Positions 1 through 9,505 of a DNA stretch of 64,000 bases are shown piece after piece (the first letter of the stretch is position 1; each line of letters begins with the position of its first letter). The notes under the pieces were generated by a model. It was given only the letters and a program-made list of their open reading frames with translations. It was not told the origin of the DNA and made no database searches. A program made the translations under genes and the position numbers. Source of the DNA: Candidatus Rokuibacteriota bacterium. Its GTDB lineage: Bacteria; Methylomirabilota; Methylomirabilia; Rokubacteriales; CSP1-6. Location: NCBI GenBank assembly GCA_023249095.1, contig JAHFDK010000013.1, positions 28 through 64,027 of the forward strand. The letters run 5' to 3'.

Positions 1-116
1 ACGAGCGCTCGGATGGCCTCGGCGACGTCTTCCCAGCGCTGGTAGCCGCGCTCGACCTCGCGCTCTGGGAGCAGCGTCTGGTCGAGGAGGATCAGCCGGC
101 CCCCGGACCATCGCAC
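1..116 (-). CDS. 5' end of a methylthioribose-1-phosphate isomerase / eIF-2B-family gene (runs off the window)
   Basis: Minus-strand translation from GTG at 116 reads 'VRWSGGRLILLDQTLLPEREVERGYQRWEDVAEAIRAL'. This matches the N-terminal signature of MtnA/eIF-2B-like proteins (W..G.L.LLDQ..LP, then AI). Only about 38 codons are visible. Confidence 0.45.
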   Translation of the reverse strand, partial: MRWSGGRLILLDQTLLPEREVERGYQRWEDVAEAIRAL

Positions 117-130
117 GGGTGCGATGGTGG

Positions 131-463
131 TTATTGTAGCGGGGTCCATGAGCACGCCTTGGATCGAGGGTGGCCTGAGAGAGGAGCGGGTGGCTCCGAC
201 ACGCCCGGTCTGGCCTTCGGCGCGTGAGATTGCAGGCGGCTCTGGATCTCGGCTTCGCCCAGGCCGGCGATCTCGACGACTTTGTTTCTCGCCTGGAGAC
301 CGCGGATCACACGGATCCACGACGGCGGAACGCCGAGGGCGCGGGCCAGCAGGGCTGCGACGGCCGTGTTCGCCGCGCCCGCGACGGGCGGCGCCGTGAC
401 GCGCAGCCGGAGTGTCGCGTCCTGCCAGCCGACGATCTCATCGCGGGCAGCCCGCGGCTGCAC
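131..463 (-). CDS. DUF167 (YggU-like) protein
   Basis: 'LRLRVTAPPVAGAANTAVAALLARALGVPPSWIRVIRGLQARNKVVEI' matches the YggU/DUF167 core (V.A.P..G.AN..l..fLa..lgv....v.i..G..sR.K.v.i). The C-terminal tail of the ORF may be over-extended. Confidence 0.65.
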   Translation of the reverse strand: MQPRAARDEIVGWQDATLRLRVTAPPVAGAANTAVAALLARALGVPPSWIRVIRGLQARNKVVEIAGLGEAEIQSRLQSHAPKARPGVSEPPAPLSGHPRSKACSWTPLQ

Positions 464-485
464 GCGGAGCGACAGCAGCGTGCCC

Positions 486-959
486 TCAGGCCTTGGCGTC
501 GTCCTTGTCCTCGCCGAACTCGGCCGACATCATCCGGTAGTAGCTCTCGAGCGTCGCGCGGAAATCCTCGATGAGCTGGCGGCGGACGCGCCGGAGCGTC
601 TGGATCTCGCTCCTGATCCTCGCCTCCTCGGCCCGGCCCTCCTCGATGATCTTCTCGCTCCGCAGCTCGGCCTCCCGCATCTGCAGCTCCGCCTCGCGCC
701 GGGCGGCCGCCTTCATCTCGTCGCCGAGCCGGTGGGTCGTGACGAGCGTGTCCTGCAGCGCTCGCTCGCGCTCGCCGAGCCCGCGCGACCGCTCCTCGAA
801 GGTCGCGACCTGCTCCTTGAGCTGCGCGTTCTCCTTGAGCACCGTTTCGTAGTCCTCGGCAACGTCGTCGAGGAAGGCGTCGACCTCGTGGGTGTCGAAG
901 CCCCGCAGCAACTTGACGGTGAACTGCTGTTGGCGGATATCCAGTGGGCTGATGCGCAT
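486..959 (-). CDS. divIVA: DivIVA-domain cell-division protein
   Basis: N-terminus 'MRISPLDIRQQQFTVKLLRGFDTHEVDAFLDDVAEDYE' is the canonical DivIVA motif, followed by coiled-coil sequence. Confidence 0.85.
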   Translation of the reverse strand: MRISPLDIRQQQFTVKLLRGFDTHEVDAFLDDVAEDYETVLKENAQLKEQVATFEERSRGLGERERALQDTLVTTHRLGDEMKAAARREAELQMREAELRSEKIIEEGRAEEARIRSEIQTLRRVRRQLIEDFRATLESYYRMMSAEFGEDKDDAKA

Positions 960-974
960 CGCGACCTCCGGCTC

Positions 975-1274
975 CTATCTTATGCTCAACGCGAAGTCTC
1001 GCAGGGAGTCGACGACCACCCACTCAGCGAGCTTGATCGCGACGATCACGACTATCGGCGACAGGTCCAGGCCCATCGTCGCCGGCAATCGGTACCGGAT
1101 TGGGCGGAGGACGGGCTCAGTCACACGATGGAGGAAGCGCACGATCGGATTGTAGGGGTCGGGGTTCACCCACGAAATCAGCGCGCGGGCGATGATGATC
1201 CAGAAGTACGCCTCGAGGACGATGGTGAGGAGCCTCGCCAGCGCCAGGATGACGTTACTCATGACGAACATCAC
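975..1274 (-). CDS. yggT: YggT-family membrane protein
   Basis: Small hydrophobic protein. 'ARALISWVNPDPYNPIVRFLHRVTEPVLRPIR' matches the YggT/Ycf19 signature. It overlaps the proC stop by 4 nt. Confidence 0.85.
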   Translation of the reverse strand: MMFVMSNVILALARLLTIVLEAYFWIIIARALISWVNPDPYNPIVRFLHRVTEPVLRPIRYRLPATMGLDLSPIVVIVAIKLAEWVVVDSLRDFALSIR

Positions 1275-2095
1275 TTCGGTCCCTGGCCGAGCTCGCGCGA
1301 GCGCTGGGTCGCCCGCTCGACCGCCTTGATGAACGTCGTGCGGATCCCGCCCTCCTCGAGCGCGGCGATGCCGGCGATCGACGTGCCCCCCGGGGAGCAG
1401 ACCATGTCCTTGACCGCGCCCGGGTGGAGCCCGGTCTCGCGCAGCAGCGTGGCGGCGCCCAGAACGGTCTGGGTCGCGAGGGTCATGGCGGTGATCCGGT
1501 CGAGCCCCATCCGGACCCCGCCGTCGGCGAGCGACTCGATCACGACGGCGATGTACGCGGGTCCAGAGCCCGACAGGCCGGTCACCGCGTCCATCAGCTC
1601 CTCGCCGAGCACGACCACGCGTCCGACCGCACTGAAGATCTCGCCGGCGGTCTCGAGGTCGTCGGCCTCGAGACCTTCGGCTTTCGCGATGGCCGTCACG
1701 CCTTCGAGGACGAGGGCCGGGGTGTTCGGCATCACCCGGATGAGGCGCGCGTCCTTGTGCAGGACCGCGCGGATCTTCGCGGTGGAGACGCCGGCGGCGA
1801 TCGAGATCAAGAGCTTCCGGCGCGTGACCGCGGGCGCGATCTCCGTCAACACCGCATCCATGATCTGCGGCTTCACCGCCAGGATCACGATGTCGGCATG
1901 GCGCATCAGCTCGGCGTTGTCCGACGAGACCTGGATCCCGTACTGGCGGTTGAGCTCCTTGAGGCGCTCGAGACGCACGTCGGTTGCGTGGATCGCCTCC
2001 GCCGGCACGAGGTTCGCCGCGAGGAGTCCTTTGATGAGCGCCTCGCCCATGTTGCCGGCGCCCACGAAGCCGACGCTACGACCCTTGATCGTCAT
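1271..2095 (-). CDS. proC: Pyrroline-5-carboxylate reductase
   Basis: 'VGFVGAGNMGEALIKGLL', 'VMPNTPALV' and 'GSGPAYIAVVIESLADGGVRMGL' are ProC motifs. I chose the ATG at 2095 (codon 164 of the 437-aa track ORF). The upstream extension is Arg/Gly-rich junk that overlaps yggS. Confidence 0.9.
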   Translation of the reverse strand: MTIKGRSVGFVGAGNMGEALIKGLLAANLVPAEAIHATDVRLERLKELNRQYGIQVSSDNAELMRHADIVILAVKPQIMDAVLTEIAPAVTRRKLLISIAAGVSTAKIRAVLHKDARLIRVMPNTPALVLEGVTAIAKAEGLEADDLETAGEIFSAVGRVVVLGEELMDAVTGLSGSGPAYIAVVIESLADGGVRMGLDRITAMTLATQTVLGAATLLRETGLHPGAVKDMVCSPGGTSIAGIAALEEGGIRTTFIKAVERATQRSRELGQGPK

Positions 2096-2133
2096 CGTTC
2101 CTCCGGTCGCCTCTGATGAGGGGGCGACCCCCC

Positions 2134-2805
2134 TCATACTCCCCCTCGGGGTCCGAAGATCGCCGTGCCGACTCGGACTATCGTCGCGCCTTCCTCGATC
2201 GCCACCTCGAAATCGCCGCTCATGCCCATCGACAGCTCGGAAAGACCGTGTTGCTCGCCGAGCTTTCGCAGCGCGCGGAACCAGACGCGCGAGGCGTCGG
2301 GCTCCTTCGCCTCCGGAGGGATCGCCATGAGACCCCGCACCGTCACGTGAGGCATGGCCGCGACAGCCTCGAGGAGCTCGCCGAGTCCGTCCGGCCCCAC
2401 GCCACCCTTGGACGCCTCGCCGCCGACGTTCACCTCCACCAGCGTGCCCACCGCGCACCCGCGGGCCCGCCCGCGCTTGTCGAGCTCCTTCGCCAGCTCC
2501 AGCCGGTCGAGCGAGTGGATCAGGTCGAAGAGCTCGAGGGCGTCCCTTACCTTGTTCGTCTGGAGATGCCCGACCAGGTGCCACGGGACGGGCCGGCCAA
2601 TCTCGGCGATCTTGCCGCGGGCCTCCTGCACCCGGTTCTCACCGAGCGCCGGCACGCCGGCCTCGATCGCCTGGCGGATCCGCCCGACGTCGACGGTCTT
2701 GGAGACCCCGACGAGGAGCACGTCCTCGGCGCGCCGGCCCGCGCGTTCCGCCGCCCGGGCGACCCGTTCACGCACGCGTTCGAGGTTGGCACGAATGTCG
2801 GTCAT
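2134..2805 (-). CDS. yggS: YggS-family pyridoxal-phosphate homeostasis protein
   Basis: 'LLVGVSKTVDVGRIRQAIEAGVPALGENRVQE', 'WHLVGHLQTNK' and 'LSMGMSGDFEVAIEEGATIVRVGTAIFG' are typical YggS/YlmE motifs. Confidence 0.9.
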   Translation of the reverse strand: MTDIRANLERVRERVARAAERAGRRAEDVLLVGVSKTVDVGRIRQAIEAGVPALGENRVQEARGKIAEIGRPVPWHLVGHLQTNKVRDALELFDLIHSLDRLELAKELDKRGRARGCAVGTLVEVNVGGEASKGGVGPDGLGELLEAVAAMPHVTVRGLMAIPPEAKEPDASRVWFRALRKLGEQHGLSELSMGMSGDFEVAIEEGATIVRVGTAIFGPRGGV

Positions 2806-2892
2806 GGGCGCAGGCTGATTCTAGCAGGGGGCTCGGGGCAGGGGGAGGCTCAGGGTGGGGGGCTTGCGGCTGAGGGGAAGGAGCGTCGTCGG

Positions 2893-3663
2893 CTAGGGAA
2901 GTGCGGCGACCGTGACGAGGCGGCCGCGATTGCCCTTGCGGTACGAGTACAGCAGCTCCGGATGGCACGCCGTGCAAAGTCGCGGATTGTCGATTGACGT
3001 CGGGGCCACCCCGGCGTCGCTCAAGAGGGTCTCGTTGGCCGCCCACAGATCGAGCATGACGTGCCCGGCGCGCGAGGGCCTGACCCACGTCGTCCAGCGC
3101 TCCCCGAACGCGCGCGCCAGCTCTGCCGTGACCGGCTCGTCGACCTCGTAACAGCACGGGCCGATTGATGGCGCAATCGCGACACGGAGCGAGGAGGCGC
3201 GTCCGCCCAGCTCTCCGATCGCCCGCACGGCCGCCTGCGTCGCGCCGCGCACCGTCCCGCGCCAGCCGACGTGGGCGAGGCCCAGGATCCGCGCTCCGGG
3301 ATCGTAGAAGACGATCGCGAGGCAGTCCGCGGTGAAGATCGCAAGCGGCACTCCGCGCTCGGCGGTGACGAGGATGTCGACCGAGCCCGCGAATCCCCCG
3401 CCCGCGGGCGCGCGCGCCGTCTCGGCGCCGTGCACCTGGCGCGCGTAGCTCACCCGGCCGATCTCGAGCCCGGCTCCGCCCAAGATCGCCGCGGCCTCAA
3501 ACCGAAACGGCGCTCTCGGCGCCTCAGGGGAAATCGGCTCGGCGAACGAAGCGATCCCCGGACAGTGCCGCGTCGTCGTCGCATGCGGCAACCCCACGTC
3601 GCTGAGCGACGGAAACGTAAAGTACTTCGCCGGCTCTCCGTGCGGACGTAGCTCCGAAGTCAT
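2893..3663 (-). CDS. pgeF: Peptidoglycan editing factor PgeF (YfiH/DUF152, laccase-domain protein)
   Basis: 'ARQVHG', 'TADCLAIVFYDP', 'GLAHVGWRG' and 'IGPCCYEV' are the YfiH/PgeF His/Cys/His signature. Confidence 0.85.
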   Translation of the reverse strand: MTSELRPHGEPAKYFTFPSLSDVGLPHATTTRHCPGIASFAEPISPEAPRAPFRFEAAAILGGAGLEIGRVSYARQVHGAETARAPAGGGFAGSVDILVTAERGVPLAIFTADCLAIVFYDPGARILGLAHVGWRGTVRGATQAAVRAIGELGGRASSLRVAIAPSIGPCCYEVDEPVTAELARAFGERWTTWVRPSRAGHVMLDLWAANETLLSDAGVAPTSIDNPRLCTACHPELLYSYRKGNRGRLVTVAALP

Positions 3664-3702
3664 CTCTTCTCGGTGTGACGCTTCTCAGCGTGACAAGCCG
3701 AC

Positions 3703-3879
3703 GGGCCGCGGGGGAGCGGGCGGGGCGGGTGGCGGGCGAGGTCGATGAGACCCGTTCCCTCCAAGCGACGACGGACGCATCCGCGCATGATGGAGCCCAG
3801 CCGCGAAGGGTTTGCGGACGCGTGCCGCGTGGTCGAGCGACCCCGCCCGCCACCCGCCCCGCCCGCTCCCCCGCGGCCC
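3703..3879. repeat. Long GC-rich inverted repeat: 42-nt arms (36 perfect, then 1 mismatch, then 5) around a 93-nt spacer, abutting the ftsZ stop codon
   Basis: Left arm 3703-3744 is 'gggccgcgggggagcgggcggggcgggtggcgggcgaggtcg'. The reverse complement of 3838-3879 is 'gggccgcgggggagcgggcggggcgggtggcgggcggggtcg'. Both were read directly from the sequence. Confidence 0.9.
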
Positions 3880-5039
3880 TAGTCCGCTTGGCGCCGGAGA
3901 AAGGCGGGGACCTCGAGGTCGCCGTCGCCGATCTCGCCCTCGGCTTCGGCCCGCGAGTCGGCGAACCGCCGTCGCCACGGCGTCGACGCCGCCGCCGGGA
4001 CCGAGCGCGAGGCGCGCGGCAGGTCGACCACCTTGCCGCCGACGCCGACCGCCTCCTTCTTCTCGGCAAAGCCCGTCGCGATCACCGTCATCCGGACCTC
4101 GTCCGAGAGCTGCGGATCGATGACAGCGCCGAAGATGATGTGCGCCTCCTCGTGCGCGGCTTCCTGGACGATCCGCGCCGCCTCCTCGACTTCGTGGATG
4201 GACAGGTCGGCGCCGCCGGTGAAGTTGATCAGGATCCCGCGCGCACCCTCGATCGACGTCTCGTCGAGGAGCGGGCTCGCGACCGCTTTCTGCGCGGCGT
4301 CGAGGGCGCGGTTCTCCCCCTTGCCGGTGCCCGTGCCCATCATCGCCAGACCCATGCCCGACATGATCGTGCGGACGTCGGCGAAGTCGAGGTTGACGAG
4401 CCCGGGCACCAGGATCAGATCCGAGATCCCCTGCACCGCCTGCTGGAGCACAGAGTCGGCCACGCGGAATGCGGCGATCAGCGGAGTGCCGCGGTCCACG
4501 ACGGAGAGCAACCGCTGGTTCGGGATCGTGATGAGCGTGTCCACGACGGCCCTGAGCGCCTCGAGCCCGGCCTCGGCCTGGAGCATCCGCTTCCGGCCCT
4601 CGAAGGTGAAGGGCTTGGTCACCACCGCGACCGTCAGGATCCCCAGATCCTTCGCGAGCGACGCGACCACGGGCGCGGCACCGGTGCCGGTCCCGCCGCC
4701 GAGCCCCGCCGTGATGAAGACCATGTCGGCGCCGCTCAGGAGACGCGTGATCTGATCGGGATCCTCCTGCGCGGCGTTCCGACCGACTTCCGGGTTCGAG
4801 CCGGCGCCCAGGCCTTGCGTGAGCTTCGTTCCGAGCTGGAGCTTGACCGGCGCCGGCGAGGCCTGCAGCGCCTGGACATCGGTGTTGGCCACGATGAACT
4901 CGACGCCCGTGAACTGCGCCGTCATCATGCGGCTCACTGCATTACCGCCGCCCCCGCCGAGGCCGAACACCTTGATCTTCGCGGCCTGCACTGGGTGCTC
5001 GAGTTCGAAGAGCGGGCGCCGCGTGCGATCCTTCTCCAT
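3879..5039 (-). CDS. ftsZ: Cell-division GTPase FtsZ
   Basis: '[17 protein letters not shown]', '[18 protein letters not shown]' and the C-terminal peptide '[13 protein letters not shown]'. Start set at ATG 5039, preceded by 'gaggaggcaga' (SD), rather than the track start at 5153. Confidence 0.95.
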   Translation of the reverse strand: MEKDRTRRPLFELEHPVQAAKIKVFGLGGGGGNAVSRMMTAQFTGVEFIVANTDVQALQASPAPVKLQLGTKLTQGLGAGSNPEVGRNAAQEDPDQITRLLSGADMVFITAGLGGGTGTGAAPVVASLAKDLGILTVAVVTKPFTFEGRKRMLQAEAGLEALRAVVDTLITIPNQRLLSVVDRGTPLIAAFRVADSVLQQAVQGISDLILVPGLVNLDFADVRTIMSGMGLAMMGTGTGKGENRALDAAQKAVASPLLDETSIEGARGILINFTGGADLSIHEVEEAARIVQEAAHEEAHIIFGAVIDPQLSDEVRMTVIATGFAEKKEAVGVGGKVVDLPRASRSVPAAASTPWRRRFADSRAEAEGEIGDGDLEVPAFLRRQAD

Positions 5040-5139
5040 CTCTGCCTCCTCTGGGGGTTCGCCGGAGGTCCGCCTCCGGCCGCGTGAACGGATCACGTCT
5101 GACGTGAACAGGGGCGGCTGTCGCCCGTCCCGATCCGGC

Positions 5140-6384
5140 CTAGAAGATGTCACCCAGGAATCCAGTCACGAGTCGCGTCAGCCGGCCCATCGGGGTGGAG
5201 CCCGCGGCGCCCCCCGACTCGCCCGGGGACCGGGAGTGCCTGCCGTAGAGCGCCAGGCCGACGGCGGTCGCGTAGATCGGGCTCTCGATCACGTCCACCA
5301 GTCCACCGATGCCGATGGGCACGCCGCGGCGCACGGGCTGATCGAAGATGCCCTCGGCGAGCTCGGGGACGCCTTCCATGATCGAGGTGCCGCCGGTCAC
5401 GACGACGCCGGCCGTCGCCGCGTCCTGGAAGCCCGCCCGCGCCAGCTCGCGCGCCACCAGCGTGAAGATCTCCTCCACGCGCGGCTGGATGATCTCCGAG
5501 AGAAGTTGCCGTGAGAGCTGCCGCGGCTTACGGCCGCCCACCGCCGGCACGTCGACCGTCTCCTCGGCCGGGACCAGGGCCGTCAGCGCGCATCCGTAGC
5601 GCTTCTTGATGTCCTCGGCGTCCGCCGTCGGCGTGCGCAGCCCGATCGCGATGTCGTTGGAGATGTGGTCGCCGCCGAGCGGCAGCACCACGGTGTGCCA
5701 GACGGCGCCGTTGCGCAGGAGGGCGACGTCGGTCGTCCCGCCGCCGATGTCGATCACCAGGACGCCGAGCTCTTTCTCGTCGTCGTAGAGCACCGCCTCG
5801 GCGGAGGCGAGGGGCTCGAGCACGATGTCCTGGACGGTGAGGCCCGCGCGGTTCACCGAGCGGACGACGTTCTGGACCGAGGTGACGGCGCCGGTCACGA
5901 TGTGCACCTCGACCTCGAGGCGCACACCCGACATGCCGATGGGCTCGCGGACGCCGTCTCCGTCATCGACGACGAAGCTCTGCGGCAGGACGTGGATGAT
6001 CTCGCGGTCCTGGGGCAGGTTGACGGCGCGCGCCGCCTCGACGACGCGCTCCACGTCGGCCTCGCTCACCTCGTGGTGCTTGCCGGTGATCGGCACGACG
6101 CCGCGGCTGTTGACGCCGCGGACGTGGCCGCCCGCCACCCCGGCGTACACGCCCGAGACCTCGACGCCCGCCATTTGCTCGGCCTCGGCGACGGCGGTCT
6201 TGATCGCCTCGACCGTCGAGTCGATGTTGACGACGATCCCCCGTCGGAGCCCGCGGGAGGGTGCGGTCCCGACTCCGATGATGTTCAGAACGCCCCGGGC
6301 CGCGGGCTCGGCGACGATCGCGCAGATCTTCGTGGTGCCGACGTCCAGGCCGACCGAGAGGTCCAGCGTCTTTGCGCGTCTCAT
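5140..6384 (-). CDS. ftsA: Cell-division protein FtsA
   Basis: Actin-fold motifs '[14 protein letters not shown]', '[16 protein letters not shown]' and '[19 protein letters not shown]'. Confidence 0.95.
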   Translation of the reverse strand: MRRAKTLDLSVGLDVGTTKICAIVAEPAARGVLNIIGVGTAPSRGLRRGIVVNIDSTVEAIKTAVAEAEQMAGVEVSGVYAGVAGGHVRGVNSRGVVPITGKHHEVSEADVERVVEAARAVNLPQDREIIHVLPQSFVVDDGDGVREPIGMSGVRLEVEVHIVTGAVTSVQNVVRSVNRAGLTVQDIVLEPLASAEAVLYDDEKELGVLVIDIGGGTTDVALLRNGAVWHTVVLPLGGDHISNDIAIGLRTPTADAEDIKKRYGCALTALVPAEETVDVPAVGGRKPRQLSRQLLSEIIQPRVEEIFTLVARELARAGFQDAATAGVVVTGGTSIMEGVPELAEGIFDQPVRRGVPIGIGGLVDVIESPIYATAVGLALYGRHSRSPGESGGAAGSTPMGRLTRLVTGFLGDIF

Positions 6385-7232
6385 CGCGTCCCCTCCCGCT
6401 GGAAGACCACCTGATCACGGAACCGGAGGTCGACCGTTCGCACGTCCTGCGCCGCGACCTGTCCGAGGACCCCTTCGAGGCGCGCCAGACGCTCCTCCCA
6501 GTCCTCGCTTCCGAGGCGAACTTCGACGCCGTCGACCGTATAGAGGACCGGGCCCTCCCGGCGGCTCATGTCGATCTCCGAGATCTCCGCGGTCAGCCCG
6601 CTGCCGCTTCGGAGGAGCGCGCGGATCACCGCGACCGCCGCGCGGGCCTTCGGCCCGGGGGCCGTGCGCATGGACGCGAGCTCGTCGGCCGTGAGGCCGC
6701 TGATGACGGGCATCGGAGGCGCCACGGCCGCGAGCGAGGCGCCGAGCAGCCGCCCCTCCTCGTCCATCCAGTGGAGCCGCCCGCCGTGGACGAGCGTGAA
6801 CGGACGCCGCTCCTCGACGCTGATCACGACCCGGTCCGGCAGCTCGCGCACGACGTCGGCCCGGCGCACCGCTGGAAGCGATTCCACGCGGCCGGTCACG
6901 CCCGTCGTGTCGAGACGGAAGATGTTCGTCCCGCGAGGAATCGCGGCCACCGCCAGGATTTGCTCGGGTGACGTGCGGGACGCACCGCGCACCTCCACGC
7001 TCGTCACCGCGAACCGTTGCGTCGTCAGGAGCCAGTGGCCGCCGGCGACGACCGCCGCCGGGATCACGGCGACCGCCACGATGACCCCGACGAGACGCCG
7101 GAGCCGGGTGCGCCGGCTCGGACGCCGGAGCCGCGGCCGCCCCACGCGCTGTCCATCGACGAACGCCGAGCGCTCGCCCAGATCGGCGAGGACCGAGGCA
7201 CGGCTCCTCGGGGAGCTGAGGCCGCTGGGCAT
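6381..7232 (-). CDS. ftsQ: Cell-division protein FtsQ (TM segment plus POTRA domain)
   Basis: Arg-rich N-terminus, TM helix 'LVGVIVAVAVIPAAVVAGG', then a POTRA-like segment 'FAVTSVEVRGASRTSPEQILAVAAIPRGTNIFRLD'. It sits between murB and ftsA and overlaps the ftsA start by 4 nt. Confidence 0.8.
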   Translation of the reverse strand: MPSGLSSPRSRASVLADLGERSAFVDGQRVGRPRLRRPSRRTRLRRLVGVIVAVAVIPAAVVAGGHWLLTTQRFAVTSVEVRGASRTSPEQILAVAAIPRGTNIFRLDTTGVTGRVESLPAVRRADVVRELPDRVVISVEERRPFTLVHGGRLHWMDEEGRLLGASLAAVAPPMPVISGLTADELASMRTAPGPKARAAVAVIRALLRSGSGLTAEISEIDMSRREGPVLYTVDGVEVRLGSEDWEERLARLEGVLGQVAAQDVRTVDLRFRDQVVFQREGTR

Positions 7233-8111
7233 CTACTCTCCGATGATCCTGATCTCGTTCTCGAGCACGACCGAGAAGTGGCTGTTGACACGCTCCCGCG
7301 TCAGGTCCATGAGGGCCAGGATGTCCGTGGCGGTCCCGCCGCCCCGGTTCACGATGAAGTTCGCGTGCTTGGAGGAGATCTCGGCGCCGTTGACCCGTTT
7401 GCCCTTGAGGCCGCACTTCTCGATCATTCGCGCGGCGACGTCGCCCGCCGGGTTCTTCCACACGCACCCGGCGGAGGCGAGCGCCAGCGGCTGGGTAGAC
7501 TTCTTGATCTTGAGCCGCTGCTTCATCTCCTTCTGGATCTCCGCCATCGGACGGCGGTGCAGGCGCAGGCGGCAGCCGATCAGCACGGCGCCGGCCGGCG
7601 CGTTGAAGTTCCGGTACGTGTAGGTGCCCGCGGACGGTTTGTACTCGCCGAGGGTCCCGTCCGGGTGCAGATAGTAGACGGCGCTCACGAAATCGCCGAT
7701 CCAGCCGTCCGGCGTTCCAGCGTTCATGGCCAGAGCGCCGCCGATCGTGGCGGGAATTCCGACGAGGCACTCGATGCCGCCCAGATTGATGGCGGCGGCT
7801 TCTCGAATCATGGCCGAGAGGCTCACGCCCGCCCCGGCGATCGCCTCCTCGCCGTGGAACTCCGCGCGCCCGAGACAGCCCTCGAGCCGCAGGACGACGC
7901 CGCGCACGCCGCGGTCCTTGACGAGCAGGTTGTTGCCGCCTCCGATCACCGCCACCGGCAGCTGTTCACGCTCGGCGAACATGAGCGCGTGGCGGATGTC
8001 GTCGACGTCCTGAGGCACGACGAAAATGTCGGCCGCGCCGCCGATTCGGAGCGAGGTATGGAAGCTCAGGGGCTCCTTGAACCGCACTTCCCCCCGGATC
8101 TCTCCTAGCAT
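7233..8111 (-). CDS. murB: UDP-N-acetylenolpyruvoylglucosamine reductase
   Basis: '[25 protein letters not shown]', '[22 protein letters not shown]' and 'SAGCVWKNP' are MurB motifs. Confidence 0.9.
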   Translation of the reverse strand: MLGEIRGEVRFKEPLSFHTSLRIGGAADIFVVPQDVDDIRHALMFAEREQLPVAVIGGGNNLLVKDRGVRGVVLRLEGCLGRAEFHGEEAIAGAGVSLSAMIREAAAINLGGIECLVGIPATIGGALAMNAGTPDGWIGDFVSAVYYLHPDGTLGEYKPSAGTYTYRNFNAPAGAVLIGCRLRLHRRPMAEIQKEMKQRLKIKKSTQPLALASAGCVWKNPAGDVAARMIEKCGLKGKRVNGAEISSKHANFIVNRGGGTATDILALMDLTRERVNSHFSVVLENEIRIIGE

Positions 8112-9505
8112 GTCGACCTCCCAGTCAGCGAGTCCGCATTCAGGCGTTTCAGCAGCTCCGGGCCGAGCTGGCTCACGTCGCCGGCGCCGAGCGTGATCAC
8201 GAGGTCGCCCGTCCGGGCGATCTCGCAGAGGTGCTCGACGATGCGCAGCCGGTCGCTCCCGAGGTAGGTGGTGTCGCGATGGCCGTGCGACCGGATCGCC
8301 GCGGCGAGATCCTCGGCGGTGACGCCGGGGATGGCCGCTTCCCCGGCGGCGTAGATGTCCATCACGATCAGCGCGTCAGCCAGGTTGAACGCCGTGAGGA
8401 ACTCCTGGCGCAGGTGCAGGGTGCGGGTGTAGCGGTGCGGCTGGAACACCGTCACGACCCGGCAGTCGAACCCGGCCTTGGCGGCGGCCAGCGTCGCCAC
8501 GATCTCGGCGGGGTGATGGCCGTAGTCGTCGACCACCGTAACACCGCGGGCACGACCAAGGATCTGGAAGCGGCGCTGGACGCCCGAGAACCCGGCCAGC
8601 GCCTTCTGGATGGTGGGGAACGGGATCTCGAGATCCAGGCCGACGCCCACCGCCGCGAGGGCATTGAGCACGTTGTGGCGGCCGGGGATCTGGAGCGCGA
8701 GCTCGCCGAGCAGGCTCCCGCGCTGGAAGACCTCGAAGCGGCTCGTCATGCCCGCCAGGCGCAGGCGTCGCGCCACGAGGTCGGCGCCCGACTCCAGGCC
8801 GTACGTGATGATCCGCTTCTCGATTCTGGGAATGAGCAGCTGGATGTTCGGCTGATCGAGGCAGAGGACGGCCGACCCGTAGAAGGGGACTCTGTTCACG
8901 AACGCGACGAAGGCGTCGCGGATCGCGTCGAGACTCCCGTAGTGATCGAGATGCTCGGCGTCGACGGTCGTGACGACCGCGATCGTCGGCGCGAGCTTCA
9001 GGAACGAGCCATCGGATTCGTCGGCTTCGGCGACCAGGTACTCCCCCTGGCCGAGCCGGGCGTTCGAGCCGAGGCTCGTCACCCGGCCCCCCACCACGAT
9101 CGTCGGATCGTAGCGGCCTTCGGCGAGCACGGCCCCGACCATCGAGGTGGTCGTCGTCTTGCCGTGGGTGCCGGCGACCGCGATGCCGTACTTGAGACGC
9201 ATCAGCTCGGCCAGCATCTCGGCGCGGGGAATCGTCGGGATCTGGCGCTGGCGCGCGAGCTGGACCTCGACGTTGTCGCGCGAGACGGCCGACGAGTAGA
9301 CGACCACGTGGGCGCCCTCGACGTGCGCCGCCTGATGGCCGATGAAGATCTTCGCGCCGAGCTCGGCGAGCCGCTCGACAGCGTCGCTGCGTTTCTGGTC
9401 GGAGCCGGTCACCCGGTAGCCGAGGTTCAACAAGATCTCGGCGATCCCGGACATGCCGCTGCCGCCGATCCCGACGAAGTGGATCTGCTGGTAGCGCTTA
9501 AACAT
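8105..9505 (-). CDS. murC: UDP-N-acetylmuramate--L-alanine ligase
   Basis: '[29 protein letters not shown]', '[15 protein letters not shown]' and '[10 protein letters not shown]'. Confidence 0.95.
   Translation of the reverse strand: MFKRYQQIHFVGIGGSGMSGIAEILLNLGYRVTGSDQKRSDAVERLAELGAKIFIGHQAAHVEGAHVVVYSSAVSRDNVEVQLARQRQIPTIPRAEMLAELMRLKYGIAVAGTHGKTTTTSMVGAVLAEGRYDPTIVVGGRVTSLGSNARLGQGEYLVAEADESDGSFLKLAPTIAVVTTVDAEHLDHYGSLDAIRDAFVAFVNRVPFYGSAVLCLDQPNIQLLIPRIEKRIITYGLESGADLVARRLRLAGMTSRFEVFQRGSLLGELALQIPGRHNVLNALAAVGVGLDLEIPFPTIQKALAGFSGVQRRFQILGRARGVTVVDDYGHHPAEIVATLAAAKAGFDCRVVTVFQPHRYTRTLHLRQEFLTAFNLADALIVMDIYAAGEAAIPGVTAEDLAAAIRSHGHRDTTYLGSDRLRIVEHLCEIARTGDLVITLGAGDVSQLGPELLKRLNADSLTGRSTC

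Noticed and set aside
282-2330. 682-aa plus-strand ORF, representative of many long track ORFs (others include 12052-14580, 12074-14788, 15862-18141, 26469-28055, 31671-34487, 37726-39867 and 45828-47966)
   Set aside because: These ORFs are Arg/Pro/Gly/Ala-rich and low in complexity. They lie antisense to, or out of frame with, genes that have unmistakable family motifs (proC, yggS, mraY, murF, ftsI, ior, pepN and others). They are typical stop-codon-poor shadow frames of very GC-rich DNA.
3703-3879. Calling the ftsZ-proximal inverted repeat a mobile element (MITE)
   Set aside because: I saw no second copy, no obvious target-site duplication and no transposase in the 64 kb. It is kept as a repeat of unknown nature rather than a mobile_element call.
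5040-5153. N-terminal extensions of ftsZ (to 5153), proC (to 2584), murF (to 14853), ftsI (to 18540), DUF445 (to 29143), ior (to 34253), ggt (from 42394), the lasso cyclase (to 42087) and crcB (to 49607)
   Set aside because: The extensions overlap the upstream gene, have junk composition and precede an internal start with a better SD or a stop/start overlap. Family N-termini align with the shorter forms.
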